From Flavobacteriaceae bacterium (lineage in GTDB: Bacteria; Bacteroidota; Bacteroidia; Flavobacteriales; Weeksellaceae): DNA of 64,000 nt. This document shows, piece after piece, positions 45,690 to 55,862 of the stretch. Every line of letters starts with the position of its first letter. Position 1 is the first letter of the stretch. The stretch spans positions 137,300 through 201,299 of the forward strand of contig JABCPE020000007.1 of NCBI GenBank assembly GCA_013333255.2. The letters are read 5' to 3'. The position numbers and the translations under genes are program-made. The notes beneath the pieces are model-generated. The model saw nothing but the letters and a program-made list of their open reading frames with translations. It made no database searches and was not told where the DNA came from.

Positions 45690-47015
45690 TTATAAAATTC
45701 CTCTTGCTTTGATTTCCAGATATTTGTTTATCACCTCTATATTTAGATTTTCTGGAAGTGTATAAACCGTAAATATTCCGTATTTTCTCAGCTCTTGGAT
45801 AATCAATTTCTTCTCAAATTCCAGCTTTTCAGCGATAATCTCATCATAGACTTCTTGAATATTTTCTGGCTTTTTATTCATCAAATCATTCAGTTCAGAA
45901 TTTTTAAAAAAAATAACTACCAAAAGGTGATTTCTCGCAATGCCACGCAAGTATTTCATTTGTCTATTAACGGCATCCAATGTTTCAAAATTAGTAAAAA
46001 GCAGCACCAGACTTCTTTGGTTGATGGTGGTTTTCACATCTTGATAAAGTCGGCTGAAATCACTTTCATAAAAATTGGTTTTAATGTTATAGAGTGCCTC
46101 CGATATTTTTTTCAGCTGACCAGATTTTTGGTCTGCCTGCACTTTATTCTCTGTCCTTTGTGAGAAAGTCATCATCCCCGCTCGGTCGCTCTTCTTCAAA
46201 ATAATATGCGAAAGCGCCATCACCGCATTTATGGAATAATCCAAAAGACTCAGCCCCTTGAAAGGCATCTGCATCGTTCTTCCCTTGTCTATCAGCATGT
46301 AGATTCTTTGGGATTTTTCATCTTGGTACTGATTGACCATCAGCTTATTAGCCTTAGAAGTGGCTTTCCAGTTGATACTCCTTATATCATCTCCCTGCAC
46401 ATAATTTCGTATCTGCTCAAACTCCATCGTATGCCCTAGTTTTCTGATTTTTTTAATCCCTCCAAGTAAAAACTCGTTCTGAAGAGCCATCAGCTCATAT
46501 TTACGAAGATGAACAAAAGAAGGATAACTCGGCAAAGAGGCCTCTTCCTCAAAAACAAATTTCCTAGAAACAAGACCAATAGGACTTTTAGCAAAAATAT
46601 TCAGTCCTCCAAAGACATATTCTCCCCTTTCTTTCGGAATTAAAATATATTCAAAAAACGAACTCCCCTGCGGCAAAATGGTCTTTTTTATCAAAAAATC
46701 CCTTTTTTGGAACTGAAATGGAATTTCATCTATAATTTTCAAATCCACCCGAAATGGATAATTATTCTTAATATTTATTTTTACAAAATTTTCATCGCCA
46801 TTAGATAATTTTTCAGGCAAAATTCTTTGGGAATAGATTGCGTCTTTTTGGTTAAACAAAAGCAGCGAATCTACGATAAAAAGCACCGCTAAAAGACACA
46901 AAAACCCATGAGCAAACCATGTAAGTTCTGGAAAGAAAAACGCCAAAACATAGCACAGCCCTATCCCTGCCAGAATATGAAAAAATCTATTATTGATATA
47001 AAAACGCTTCCACAT
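45690..47015 (-). CDS. DUF58-family protein (vWA-like, membrane-anchored)
   Basis: GDDIRSINWKATSK signature and two N-terminal TM segments. Confidence 0.85.
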   Translation of the reverse strand: MWKRFYINNRFFHILAGIGLCYVLAFFFPELTWFAHGFLCLLAVLFIVDSLLLFNQKDAIYSQRILPEKLSNGDENFVKINIKNNYPFRVDLKIIDEIPFQFQKRDFLIKKTILPQGSSFFEYILIPKERGEYVFGGLNIFAKSPIGLVSRKFVFEEEASLPSYPSFVHLRKYELMALQNEFLLGGIKKIRKLGHTMEFEQIRNYVQGDDIRSINWKATSKANKLMVNQYQDEKSQRIYMLIDKGRTMQMPFKGLSLLDYSINAVMALSHIILKKSDRAGMMTFSQRTENKVQADQKSGQLKKISEALYNIKTNFYESDFSRLYQDVKTTINQRSLVLLFTNFETLDAVNRQMKYLRGIARNHLLVVIFFKNSELNDLMNKKPENIQEVYDEIIAEKLEFEKKLIIQELRKYGIFTVYTLPENLNIEVINKYLEIKARGIL

Positions 47016-47029
47016 ATCTTTTTTGCCGA

Positions 47030-47956
47030 TTAATTATTTTGCATTTTTGATGCCCATTTTTCAATTCCATAAATCAAAATAAACCCTGCAAAAGCCAGCC
47101 CCACAGCCAATAAAATCTGAGGTTCTCCAGCAAAATCCAAAGGGTGCACGCTTTTTTCCAACAAAATAATTTCCTTCCCATGAGCATCTATTTCCTTATC
47201 CAAAACCTCTTTCCATGGCCACACTTTATTCAGAGAACCGATGATAAAGCCTGTAAGCCCTGCCATCGTGGTGTTTTTCTTATGTTCAAAAAGCCATTTC
47301 AGAGCCTTAGAAAAACTCAAAATTCCTATCACAGCTCCCAGTCCTACAATGGACAATACTTTCAAATCAAAAGTGTCCAGCGCATTGAGCACCGTATGAT
47401 AAGCCCCTAAAAGCACTAAAATGAACGCCCCCGAAATCCCTGGTAAAATCATTGCACAAATAGCCAAAGCTCCTGCAAAGAACAAGAAAATATGCCCGTT
47501 ATTATTCACCAATGGAGGTATAACCGTGATGTAATACGCTGTAAATGCAGCTATTACGATAGCAATAACTGCTGAAGCATCCCATTTCTTGATATCTTTC
47601 CATAGAAAAAGAACACTCGCCATCATCAGCCCAAAAAAGAAAGACCAAACCGCTATCGGATGTGTTTCCAGAAGGTATTTAATGCCTTTCGCTAGGGACA
47701 AAATACTGATTCCTATCCCTAAAAATAGAGCCACAAAAAAATTACCATTGATGTATTCCCATGCAGATTTTACCCCTTCTTTTCTTAAAATTTTTACTGC
47801 TGTAAAATTGATTTTATTGATAGAATCTATAAGCTCTTGGTAAATCCCTGATATGAAAGCGATAGTCCCCCCAGAAACACCAGGCACCACATCTGCAGCT
47901 CCCATCGCCACACCGCGAAGCGTAATGAATAGATAATCCTTCAAAGTCCTTTTCAT
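47030..47956 (-). CDS. DUF368-family membrane protein
   Basis: GAADVVPGVSGGTIAFISGIY, repeated in the second half as PGISGAFILVLLGAY. Confidence 0.85.
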   Translation of the reverse strand: MKRTLKDYLFITLRGVAMGAADVVPGVSGGTIAFISGIYQELIDSINKINFTAVKILRKEGVKSAWEYINGNFFVALFLGIGISILSLAKGIKYLLETHPIAVWSFFFGLMMASVLFLWKDIKKWDASAVIAIVIAAFTAYYITVIPPLVNNNGHIFLFFAGALAICAMILPGISGAFILVLLGAYHTVLNALDTFDLKVLSIVGLGAVIGILSFSKALKWLFEHKKNTTMAGLTGFIIGSLNKVWPWKEVLDKEIDAHGKEIILLEKSVHPLDFAGEPQILLAVGLAFAGFILIYGIEKWASKMQNN

Positions 47957-47973
47957 AAAATTCTTATATGTTA

Positions 47974-47981
47974 CAAAAATA
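47974..47981 (-). promoter_or_regulatory. Candidate -7 box (TATTTTTG on the minus strand)
   Basis: Forward CAAAAATA, 18 nt upstream of the ATG at 47956. Confidence 0.35.
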
Positions 47982-48044
47982 CATTATTTTGCTGTAAATC
48001 TGCGAAAGAATATTCCGTTTTTTACTCATCAAAACCTCTGAAAC

Positions 48045-48077
48045 AAAAAAGCCTGACAAAATTTGTCAAGCTTTTTG
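48045..48077 (-). terminator. Rho-independent terminator after the M1 peptidase gene
   Basis: GCCTGACAAA (48051-48060) pairs with TTTGTCAAGC (48062-48071), with one mismatch. T-run on the minus strand. Confidence 0.7.
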
Positions 48078-48082
48078 GTTTT

Positions 48083-50599
48083 TTATTTATAAAGTTCCAG
48101 CGTTTCTGTCAGTGACTTTATTTGCTGGTTGATACTCTCTCTTTTTGGATTTGCTCTTAGCAATTCTGTTTTTTTAGCAATTCCGTTTTGCAGCATCTGC
48201 ACGATCAGCATTTTCACATTTGGGTTATCTGGAATTTCAGATTTTACCTGCTTCAAAATCTTTGCAACTCCAGCCGTAGCCTTTGTGTTATCAGATTCCA
48301 TTATCCAGTTGAATCCTTTTTCAGCCGTAGTTCCTAATTTTTCATCTTGAAATTTTAGGAATGGATAAAATGCTACCACTTTTCCTATATAAGGCATCTG
48401 CGACACGATTTTGTTATCCACGATTGTCGGTAACAGCTGTGTAATCGTTTCATCTGATGCTTTGGATAAATCCACCTTGTCTGCAAGGGCTTTTACCCTC
48501 TCTGGATCTGTCATAGAAATAGCCGATAGAGAAGCTGCTTTCACTGCGTTTGACACAGAGCTGATTCCCTTTTCGTAGATTGGCAGGTATTTCTTGTTCT
48601 TAGTCGTAGCCAATGCTTTGATTGCCGCTGCCTGAACCAATGTTTTAGGGTCGTTCTGAGCTAATTTTTCTACTTCTGAAAGAGCTAATTTTGCTTGTTC
48701 TGGTTTAGATAAATCTAATCCTGCAAGCGCCTGAATTCTCAATCTGAAAAACGGATCTTTCAATGCAGATACCAATGTTTTCACAGAAGTGATATTATTA
48801 TTTTTCTTTGCATTTTCAGCAGCATTTTTTAATGCCAGATATTTGCTCTTAAACTCCTTAGTTTTAGCATATTGCAGAGCGTATTGTTCAGGAGTTTTAG
48901 TATCATTGATTTCTCCCAATAGAAGCCCGTCTGCATCTACATTGATAAGTTCTGGATTTTTAGCTGTGTTGAATGTGAAATCATTCTTCGCTCTAGCATC
49001 TACCCACACTTTTTCTCTTCTTACTTTTCCGTTTTCGTGGATATCTATGGTAAGCGGGAACTCAAAATATTGGTCTTGAGTCTGGTTAATCGTTACCACA
49101 GTTTGTTTTTTCACTGGTTCGTAAGAATATTTTACATCCAATTTAGGGTTTCCACTATTAAAATACCACTGATTAAAGAACCAGTTAAGGTCTTTTCCAG
49201 AAACTTTTTCTAAAGAAAGTCTCAGCTGGTGAGCCTCTCCTGTTCCGTATTCATTGGTTTTCAAATAGTCAGAAAGCCCTTCAAAGAACGCTTCATCACC
49301 AAGATAATTTCTCAACATGTGAAGAATACCGCCTCCCTTGTTATAAGACACGCTGTCAAACATATCCTCACGGCTCTTATAATCAAATCTCACCAAATGT
49401 TTGTTATAATTCAGCGGATTATGAATATATGCCGAAATATCATTCATTAAATGATAATCTGCTGCATCTTTTCCGTATTTGTATTCATTCCAAAGGTATT
49501 CAGAATAATTCGCAAAAGACTCATTTACAGTAAGGTTAGACCAGCTTTCAGCAGTTACCAAATCTCCAAACCAGTGGTGGAACAGCTCGTGTGCAATCAC
49601 AGGTTCCCAAGTGTTCTCATCTACAAGGTCGCCTTCCTTTAAGTTCGCATATTCTCCGTGGATTACGGCAGTTGTATTCTCCATCGCACCACTTACATAG
49701 TCTCTTCCTACCAGCTGTGCGTATTTTTGCCAAGGATATTCGTATTTTAGTTTTTTAGAGAAGAAATCCAGCATCTCTGGAGTCATTCCGAATATCTGTT
49801 TTGCATAAGGCTCATATTCCTTTTCTACATAGTAATCTACTGCAATATTTTTCCATTTATCCTTTACTATCGCATACTCTCCCACTCCCATAAAGAATAG
49901 GTATGGAGCGTGTTTTTTATCCATCACCCAGTAGTCTGTTCTCAGTCCGCCATTTTCTTTGGTAGAAGATTTCAAAATACCATTAGAAAGAGTAACGAAT
50001 TTATCTGGAACCGTCATATAGAGCTCCTGCGTAGTCTTTTGGTTTGGTTTGTCTATCGTAGGGAACCACACGGAGTTAGACTCTGTTTCACCTTGTGTCC
50101 ATATCTGAGTCGGCTTGTCTGGGTCTTTTCCTTGAGCATTGATGAAATAAAGCCCTTTCGCAGAGTTAATCGCTGCACTTCCCTTTCCTTTATGCTCATT
50201 CGGGCGCGCTGTATATTTGATATAAACGGTATAGTCCTGCCCTTTTTGATATTGTTTATCAAGATTTATTCTCAACAAATCGTCTGAATAAGTGTATTTC
50301 AAGGGACTTTTAGAGCCATTTTTATCCAAAGCTATTTCGTGGATAAGCATTGCTTTGGCATTAAGCACCAAAGAATCTGATGCATAGAAATGAGGCGATG
50401 CAGTAAGCCACTCCTCACCGTGCATTTGCTCTTTTTCAAAGTCAAATTTCACCTTTAATTTGGTGTGTTTCAGTTCTGTAGTCTTGTTGTGAGTAGCTCT
50501 ATATGGAGCATTTCTACCAGAAGTTTCGGTCTGTGCAAGGGCAAAATTACTTCCTAAAATTGCTCCAAGCATCATCGCTGAGAATAAAATCTTTTTCAT
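48083..50599 (-). CDS. M1-family aminopeptidase (aminopeptidase N-like), secreted
   Basis: Signal peptide, GAMEN exopeptidase motif, and HELFHHWFGD...ESFANYSE zinc site. Confidence 0.92.
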   Translation of the reverse strand: MKKILFSAMMLGAILGSNFALAQTETSGRNAPYRATHNKTTELKHTKLKVKFDFEKEQMHGEEWLTASPHFYASDSLVLNAKAMLIHEIALDKNGSKSPLKYTYSDDLLRINLDKQYQKGQDYTVYIKYTARPNEHKGKGSAAINSAKGLYFINAQGKDPDKPTQIWTQGETESNSVWFPTIDKPNQKTTQELYMTVPDKFVTLSNGILKSSTKENGGLRTDYWVMDKKHAPYLFFMGVGEYAIVKDKWKNIAVDYYVEKEYEPYAKQIFGMTPEMLDFFSKKLKYEYPWQKYAQLVGRDYVSGAMENTTAVIHGEYANLKEGDLVDENTWEPVIAHELFHHWFGDLVTAESWSNLTVNESFANYSEYLWNEYKYGKDAADYHLMNDISAYIHNPLNYNKHLVRFDYKSREDMFDSVSYNKGGGILHMLRNYLGDEAFFEGLSDYLKTNEYGTGEAHQLRLSLEKVSGKDLNWFFNQWYFNSGNPKLDVKYSYEPVKKQTVVTINQTQDQYFEFPLTIDIHENGKVRREKVWVDARAKNDFTFNTAKNPELINVDADGLLLGEINDTKTPEQYALQYAKTKEFKSKYLALKNAAENAKKNNNITSVKTLVSALKDPFFRLRIQALAGLDLSKPEQAKLALSEVEKLAQNDPKTLVQAAAIKALATTKNKKYLPIYEKGISSVSNAVKAASLSAISMTDPERVKALADKVDLSKASDETITQLLPTIVDNKIVSQMPYIGKVVAFYPFLKFQDEKLGTTAEKGFNWIMESDNTKATAGVAKILKQVKSEIPDNPNVKMLIVQMLQNGIAKKTELLRANPKRESINQQIKSLTETLELYK

Positions 50600-50628
50600 T
50601 GTTAAAATTTCTATTATTTGTTATCTTT

Positions 50629-51366
50629 TTAGTTATAATATTCTATGGTTCTCTCGCTTATCATGAGTGGTTTATTCTCTGATATCGTTATTTTTTCTAT
50701 CCAGTTTTTATTATCGTCATATTTGTAGCGGTATTTCAGGACAGTGTCATCAGATTTCTTTTTGACCATATCATTGTATCTGTTATACTTATATCGCGCT
50801 TGGTCTATTTTTTCTCCTTTTTCGTTAAATACGATATCTCTGACTTTGTTTCCTTTTTTATCATACTCAAACACAAATCTTCTATACCGCGGTTCTACAT
50901 TTATATTATTGTATATATGCTCTATTCTGTATCCTTTATCGTTATACTTGTAGTATGATTTGGTAAGTACATTTCCGTTTTCATCGGAATAGGTAGTTTC
51001 TATTATATTTCCCTTGTCATCATACTTATCTTCAAAGCCTTTATTAGGATTTCTATAAGTATTTATTCTTTCACGAAGTATATCATTTTTCGGCAGGCGG
51101 ATAACCTCCGTCACATTATTATTTGCATCATAATATATGACTTCTTCGCCCTCGCCATAGGAGTTATATGTCGTTTTTCTATTTTCAAAATTAGAGATAA
51201 TCTCTCCTTTTATCATGTTATTTTTATTGTCCTTAGCTGTGAGGAACATCGTCACCTTTGTAGATTTTACTTTCTGTTTCAGGTTATCTCTGTCCCAGTC
51301 TGTTTTCACCTGTCCAAAAGCATATCCAGCAGTCAACAGCAAGGCTGATATTAGTATTTTGTTCAT
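50629..51366 (-). CDS. Secreted YD-repeat-like protein (245 aa)
   Basis: Signal peptide MNKILISALLLTAGYAFGQ. Units include KYDDKGNIIETTY, YKYNDKGYRIEHIY, FEYDKKGNKVRDI. Ends in TIEYYN. Confidence 0.6.
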   Translation of the reverse strand: MNKILISALLLTAGYAFGQVKTDWDRDNLKQKVKSTKVTMFLTAKDNKNNMIKGEIISNFENRKTTYNSYGEGEEVIYYDANNNVTEVIRLPKNDILRERINTYRNPNKGFEDKYDDKGNIIETTYSDENGNVLTKSYYKYNDKGYRIEHIYNNINVEPRYRRFVFEYDKKGNKVRDIVFNEKGEKIDQARYKYNRYNDMVKKKSDDTVLKYRYKYDDNKNWIEKITISENKPLMISERTIEYYN

Positions 51367-51405
51367 TTGTTTATGTGTCCTATTTTTAGTTTAATTGTTC
51401 CTATT

Positions 51406-52200
51406 TTAAATCGCCACAGGAGCTTTTATCCCTGGGTGCGGGTCATAGTTTTCTAGTGTAAAATCATTAAAATCAAAATCAAAAATATTTTTGATTTCTG
51501 GATTAAGTTTCATCATCGGCAAAGATTTTGGCTCTCGGGAAAGCTGTTTTTCCACCTGCTCAAAATGATTATTATAAATATGCACATCACCAAAAGTATG
51601 CACATACTCACCAACTTCCAAATCACAAACTTGGGCTACCATCATCAGCAGAAGAGCATAGCTGGCAATGTTAAACGGCACTCCCAGAAACACATCTGCA
51701 CTCCTCTGATAGAGCTGTAATGACAGTTTCCCATCCGCTACATAAAACTGAAACATCGCATGACAAGGAGCCAATGCCATTTTTGGCAGTTCTGCCACAT
51801 TCCACGCAGAAACGATGAGCCTTCGGCTGTCAGGATTTTTCTTGATTTGGTCTATCACTTCGCTGATTTGGTCTATTACCTTACCATCCGCTCCATGCCA
51901 ACTTCTCCACTGGGCGCCATACACAGGCCCAAGATTTCCCTCTGCATCTGCCCATTCATCCCAAATCGTGACACCATTTTCCTGAAGATACTTCACATTC
52001 GTATCTCCTTTTAAAAACCAAAGAAGTTCATAGATAATGGATTTGAGGTGAACTTTCTTAGTCGTTACCAGCGGAAATCCTTTGCTCAAATCATACCTCA
52101 GCTGATACCCAAATACACTCCGTGTTCCCGTCCCTGTTCTATCCGTTTTATCTGTTCCGTTTTCTTTTATATATTGTAATAAATCTAAATAATTTTGCAT
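51406..52200 (-). CDS. thyA: Thymidylate synthase (ThyA type)
   Basis: DRTGTGT, and [12 protein letters not shown] (catalytic Cys), [13 protein letters not shown]. Confidence 0.97.
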   Translation of the reverse strand: MQNYLDLLQYIKENGTDKTDRTGTGTRSVFGYQLRYDLSKGFPLVTTKKVHLKSIIYELLWFLKGDTNVKYLQENGVTIWDEWADAEGNLGPVYGAQWRSWHGADGKVIDQISEVIDQIKKNPDSRRLIVSAWNVAELPKMALAPCHAMFQFYVADGKLSLQLYQRSADVFLGVPFNIASYALLLMMVAQVCDLEVGEYVHTFGDVHIYNNHFEQVEKQLSREPKSLPMMKLNPEIKNIFDFDFNDFTLENYDPHPGIKAPVAI

Positions 52201-52260
52201 TTATTCTTTCAAAATGTCCACAAATATAACTAAATTTCATAGAAAGGCAAGGATTTTTTT

Positions 52261-52268
52261 TAAATTTG
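52261..52268 (+). promoter_or_regulatory. Candidate -7 box (TAAATTTG) only 4 nt upstream of the ATG
   Basis: Matches TAnnTTTG; the ATG is at 52273. Confidence 0.35.
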
Positions 52269-52272
52269 CAAA

Positions 52273-53121
52273 ATGGCAAAACGAAAGAGAAAAAAATCTA
52301 AATCTAAGATTAATAAAAACCGCTCATACTTATTTATTTCCCTTGGGCTGTTTTTTTTATTGGCTGTCGGGCTTGTTGCATTACTGAAAAAAAATCAGAT
52401 AATGTATTATTATACAATGTATTTCGGCGAAAAACAAGCACCAAAACTGACCAACTCGCCTTTTGAAACGCAGAGAATCAATAAAATTATAAAAAACTAT
52501 TCAGACAAAACATTTGGACTTGACATATCGCATTACCAAGAGCGGGAGCATATCAACTGGGAAAAACTGACTATCTCAAATGGCGCTATTCCCTTAGAAT
52601 TCATCATATTACGAGCCACTATGGGCAGCGATGGGAAGGACAAACACTTTGCTCACTACTGGGAAAAAGCCAAAAAACACGGACTTACCCGCGGCGCCTA
52701 TCATTTCTATCGTCCAGATGAAGACCCTGTCACTCAGGCAGATTCATATATCAGGAGCGTAAATCTCTCTTCTGGCGATATGAGTCCTGTTTTAGATGTA
52801 GAAAAACTACCAAAAACAAAATCCAAAGAACAATTCATAAAAGACCTCCATATTTGGATAGATATAATAGAAAAACACTATGGCAAAAAACCTATTCTCT
52901 ACACATACTATCATTTTTATAAAGACTATCTAAAAGGACAATTTGATGAATGTCCTCTCTGGATGGCAAACTACAATGATGTTCCACAACCCTCTGATAC
53001 TGACCCTTGGAAAATATGGCAATTCACAGAAAACGGAATATCAGACGGCATAGAAACCAAAATAGACCTTAATGTCTATAATGGAAACAAATGGGAAATG
53101 AGAGAACTTTTAATAGATTAA
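52273..53121 (+). CDS. GH25-family muramidase (lysozyme) with an N-terminal membrane anchor
   Basis: GLDISHYQ, FIILRATMG, RGAYHFYRP. Basic N-terminus followed by a TM segment. Confidence 0.85.
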   Translation: MAKRKRKKSKSKINKNRSYLFISLGLFFLLAVGLVALLKKNQIMYYYTMYFGEKQAPKLTNSPFETQRINKIIKNYSDKTFGLDISHYQEREHINWEKLTISNGAIPLEFIILRATMGSDGKDKHFAHYWEKAKKHGLTRGAYHFYRPDEDPVTQADSYIRSVNLSSGDMSPVLDVEKLPKTKSKEQFIKDLHIWIDIIEKHYGKKPILYTYYHFYKDYLKGQFDECPLWMANYNDVPQPSDTDPWKIWQFTENGISDGIETKIDLNVYNGNKWEMRELLID

Positions 53122-53170
53122 ACATTTTATTTAAATCTGGTTTCTTTATAATTTAATTTTATCTAAAAAT

Positions 53171-53205
53171 AAAAAATCCTGCACAAAAGCAGGATTCTTA
53201 TTTTA
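53171..53205. terminator. Bidirectional rho-independent terminator
   Basis: AATCCTGC (53175-53182) pairs with GCAGGATT (53189-53196). A-run before; T-rich after. Confidence 0.8.
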
Positions 53206-54093
53206 TTAGTGTTTTTTATGAGGCGGTTCATAAACAAGTCTGATGAAACCACTATACCCCTCATATTGTCTGTTAGTAGGAACTCCAACCACCAAACCTA
53301 GAATAGTGTTATCATTTAGAGCTACTCTAATCTGCGGTCTAAGCACCATATTAAATCTCTCTTTAGTAATACTCTTATTTACCTCCAAACCAACAAAGTT
53401 TCTAGAATTTGGAATTAGATAATGGATACTCGAGTTAATCTGCCAGTCTGTATCCACATGATTACTTCCAAAATGATGCGTGAAAACAGGACCTGCATAC
53501 ACCATTGTACTGATGCTGTGAGTTTTACCCCATCCCTTTGCTACTACAAAGAACGGATTATAAACATTCCCTGTGAAAAATTTCCCATTTCCATAGTTTC
53601 TGAAAGAGTTCAGCTCTATTTCATTAAGGTAACCTATCGCCATGGAAGTGTAAGCTTTTTTATTTACCAAAAAAGTATACTGGATAGAGGTTTTGATACC
53701 TGCAACTCCTGTCCCTGGTGATTTATGCGGAAGTTTTTCCGCAGAAGTATAAACATTAAAAGGCACTTCTACTTCCAATCCAAGTCTATCAGCCACCGCC
53801 CACTCATATTCTACTAATGGATAAAGCTCATAGTAACCATTATTTTCTGTAACCCCCATAGCTACATTCCATTCTCTTTCGCCTTTTCTCGCTCCGAGGT
53901 CTCTCATCAAGTCGATATACAAAGGCTCTGCGTGGTGCAGTTTCAGTGGTTTTCCTTCCTCATCGTCATGAGCCGCCACAGCTGCTTCTTCCACTTTTAC
54001 ACTATCTACAGCCTGCTCTTGAGCTGTAGCAAATCCTGAAAAAACTACCAAAGCAGCTAATCCAAAAATTTTCTTAATCATAATCCTATTCAA
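53206..54093 (-). CDS. Putative outer-membrane beta-barrel protein
   Basis: Signal peptide (AALVVFSGFATAQ), with alternating aromatic/hydrophobic strands. No specific family recognised. Confidence 0.5.
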   Translation of the reverse strand: MNRIMIKKIFGLAALVVFSGFATAQEQAVDSVKVEEAAVAAHDDEEGKPLKLHHAEPLYIDLMRDLGARKGEREWNVAMGVTENNGYYELYPLVEYEWAVADRLGLEVEVPFNVYTSAEKLPHKSPGTGVAGIKTSIQYTFLVNKKAYTSMAIGYLNEIELNSFRNYGNGKFFTGNVYNPFFVVAKGWGKTHSISTMVYAGPVFTHHFGSNHVDTDWQINSSIHYLIPNSRNFVGLEVNKSITKERFNMVLRPQIRVALNDNTILGLVVGVPTNRQYEGYSGFIRLVYEPPHKKH

Positions 54094-54131
54094 TTTTTAA
54101 TTAAATCTAGCACAATATTACAAATATTTTT

Positions 54132-55217
54132 TTAATTCGAAATTTTCAGTAATATTTCCTCGTATTTATCTAAAATTATTTCCTTTGAAAATCGGTTTTT
54201 GATAGAATTAATTATAAGATTTCTCTCTCTTTTTTCGGTAGAAAGGATTTCTTTTATCTTCTCTGCAAACTGCTGATGCTCATTGATATCCGAAATCTCC
54301 CCATTGATTCCCTCTTCTACAATCTCCCTGATTCCCCCTGGGCAGTCATTCGCCAGAGCATACACACCACAGGCTCCCGCTTCCAAAAGGACATTTGGGA
54401 AGCCTTCATAGCGTGAAGAAAGTATAAACAAATCGGAAAACTTCAAGTATTGATAAGGGTTTTTCTGTTGTCCGTGGAAAATTACATTTTCCAGCTGCAT
54501 ATCCTGTTTCATTTGGTGAAGAAGTTCCCTATCCGCCCCATCGCCCAAAATATGGAGTTTTATTTTTTCATCTTTCAGGAAAGAGAAAACTTTCAAAAGA
54601 TTATCAAAACCCTTTCGTGAGGAAAGATTTCCTATCGCCAGCACATTTTTAAACTCCATATCAAAACCCTCTGGCTTTTCCGAAATCATCAGTTTTTCAT
54701 TGATAAAATCAAAATCAACAGGGTTATTGATTTTAAATATTTTCTCTTTTTTAATCTTGAAATTATCAATTAAATCATTCGTCATATCATCACTTTGGGT
54801 AATGATTTGATGAAAATTATTATAAAATCGGTAAAAAAATCTGATTTCCTTTCGTGTAACATGCTTTGAAACCACATTGGTCTCGCGCGAAATAAATTTG
54901 GTTTTCCTAAAAAACGGAATAAACGGAGAAACAAACGCCGAAATCTCGCCCCAGCCACAGAAAACAATGTCTGGCTTTCGCTGTCTTATCGTTCTTAAAA
55001 TAGGCAACAAAGAAGAACGAATACTTTTGGTATTCGCTTCTATAATTTCTACATCTTCCTTCAAGAAGTCCAGATACTCGCCCACCTTTTCGAATAAAAG
55101 AAGACTTGGCTGAAATTTTTCTCTTGGTAGATGATTGCATATCGTGGTAATTATCCGTTCTGCCCCGCCCATTTTTAGGTTGGGCAGAATGAACATTACC
55201 GAAATTTTTTGACTCAT
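54132..55217 (-). CDS. Glycosyltransferase family 4 (GT-B)
   Basis: The N-terminus NLKMGGAERI, and the C-terminus SSRYEGFPNVLLEAGACGVYALAND (EX7E-type). Confidence 0.85.
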   Translation of the reverse strand: MSQKISVMFILPNLKMGGAERIITTICNHLPREKFQPSLLLFEKVGEYLDFLKEDVEIIEANTKSIRSSLLPILRTIRQRKPDIVFCGWGEISAFVSPFIPFFRKTKFISRETNVVSKHVTRKEIRFFYRFYNNFHQIITQSDDMTNDLIDNFKIKKEKIFKINNPVDFDFINEKLMISEKPEGFDMEFKNVLAIGNLSSRKGFDNLLKVFSFLKDEKIKLHILGDGADRELLHQMKQDMQLENVIFHGQQKNPYQYLKFSDLFILSSRYEGFPNVLLEAGACGVYALANDCPGGIREIVEEGINGEISDINEHQQFAEKIKEILSTEKRERNLIINSIKNRFSKEIILDKYEEILLKISN

Positions 55218-55220
55218 AAT

Positions 55221-55541
55221 CTACAATGCCGAGAAATCTGGCGATTGGTTGTTAAGTACATGATTCATAATAACTTTCCCTGCTTCTTGTCTAAAGAAAA
55301 AGAACCAAGTTATTTTATCATTTATCATGTATCTTAGATATTTTTTCTCTGCCACATGCACTTTTTCTGGCGTATCTACGGCTTTATCCAGATTATTTTC
55401 TATGAATTCATAGACCTCGCCTACCATTTCTTCGGCTCTGTCTATTCTATTGAGAATACCTTCTCTGAATAAAATATTCAACTGGCTGTCCAAACTATGA
55501 ACAAACTTTCTGCTGTATGCTATTTCTAATCTCTCCACCAT
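55221..55541 (-). CDS. Small protein (106 aa), ParE/RelE-like toxin candidate
   Basis: Size, the 16-nt overlap with the upstream small ORF, and a C-terminal pattern KKYLRYMINDKITWFFFFRQEAGKVIMNHVLNN reminiscent of ParE/RelE beta-strands. Unverified. Confidence 0.35.
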   Translation of the reverse strand: MVERLEIAYSRKFVHSLDSQLNILFREGILNRIDRAEEMVGEVYEFIENNLDKAVDTPEKVHVAEKKYLRYMINDKITWFFFFRQEAGKVIMNHVLNNQSPDFSAL

Positions 55542-55837
55542 CCTTGTATTTTTTTAATTGACTGCTTTTTAGCATCTTCCAAAGAAAATGCTTCATCAAA
55601 CTCCGCTAAAAATCCCTCGCTTGCTCCCTCGAATTTTAAATAATCTTCACTCAGAACAATCTCCGCGAAGCCTCTATTTCCAGGCTTTACCACAGTAGAA
55701 CACACCGTAGGTTCAGCAAAAGGAACTCCGAAAATCTCATTCTTGAAATTGATAAGATTCTTTATCACCTGCTCATCATTAAGGTTGATAATCCACCTTA
55801 GCAGCTCCATTTTTTCTTCTAATATTTTTGAATCCAT
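55526..55837 (-). CDS. Small protein (103 aa), antitoxin-like partner candidate
   Basis: The N-terminus MELLRWIINLNDEQVIKNLINF resembles Bacteroidota antitoxin-like leaders as I recall them. Its stop lies inside the start region of the downstream ORF. Confidence 0.3.
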   Translation of the reverse strand: MDSKILEEKMELLRWIINLNDEQVIKNLINFKNEIFGVPFAEPTVCSTVVKPGNRGFAEIVLSEDYLKFEGASEGFLAEFDEAFSLEDAKKQSIKKIQGWWRD

Positions 55838-55862
55838 TTATAAATTTTTAAAAATTTCTAAT

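Noticed and set aside
45690-47015. The DUF58 gene as part of a MoxR/Bat (aerotolerance-type) operon
   Set aside because: No MoxR AAA+ ATPase or vWA Bat genes are adjacent. The gene upstream is a DUF368 membrane protein, so the classical operon is not present in this window.
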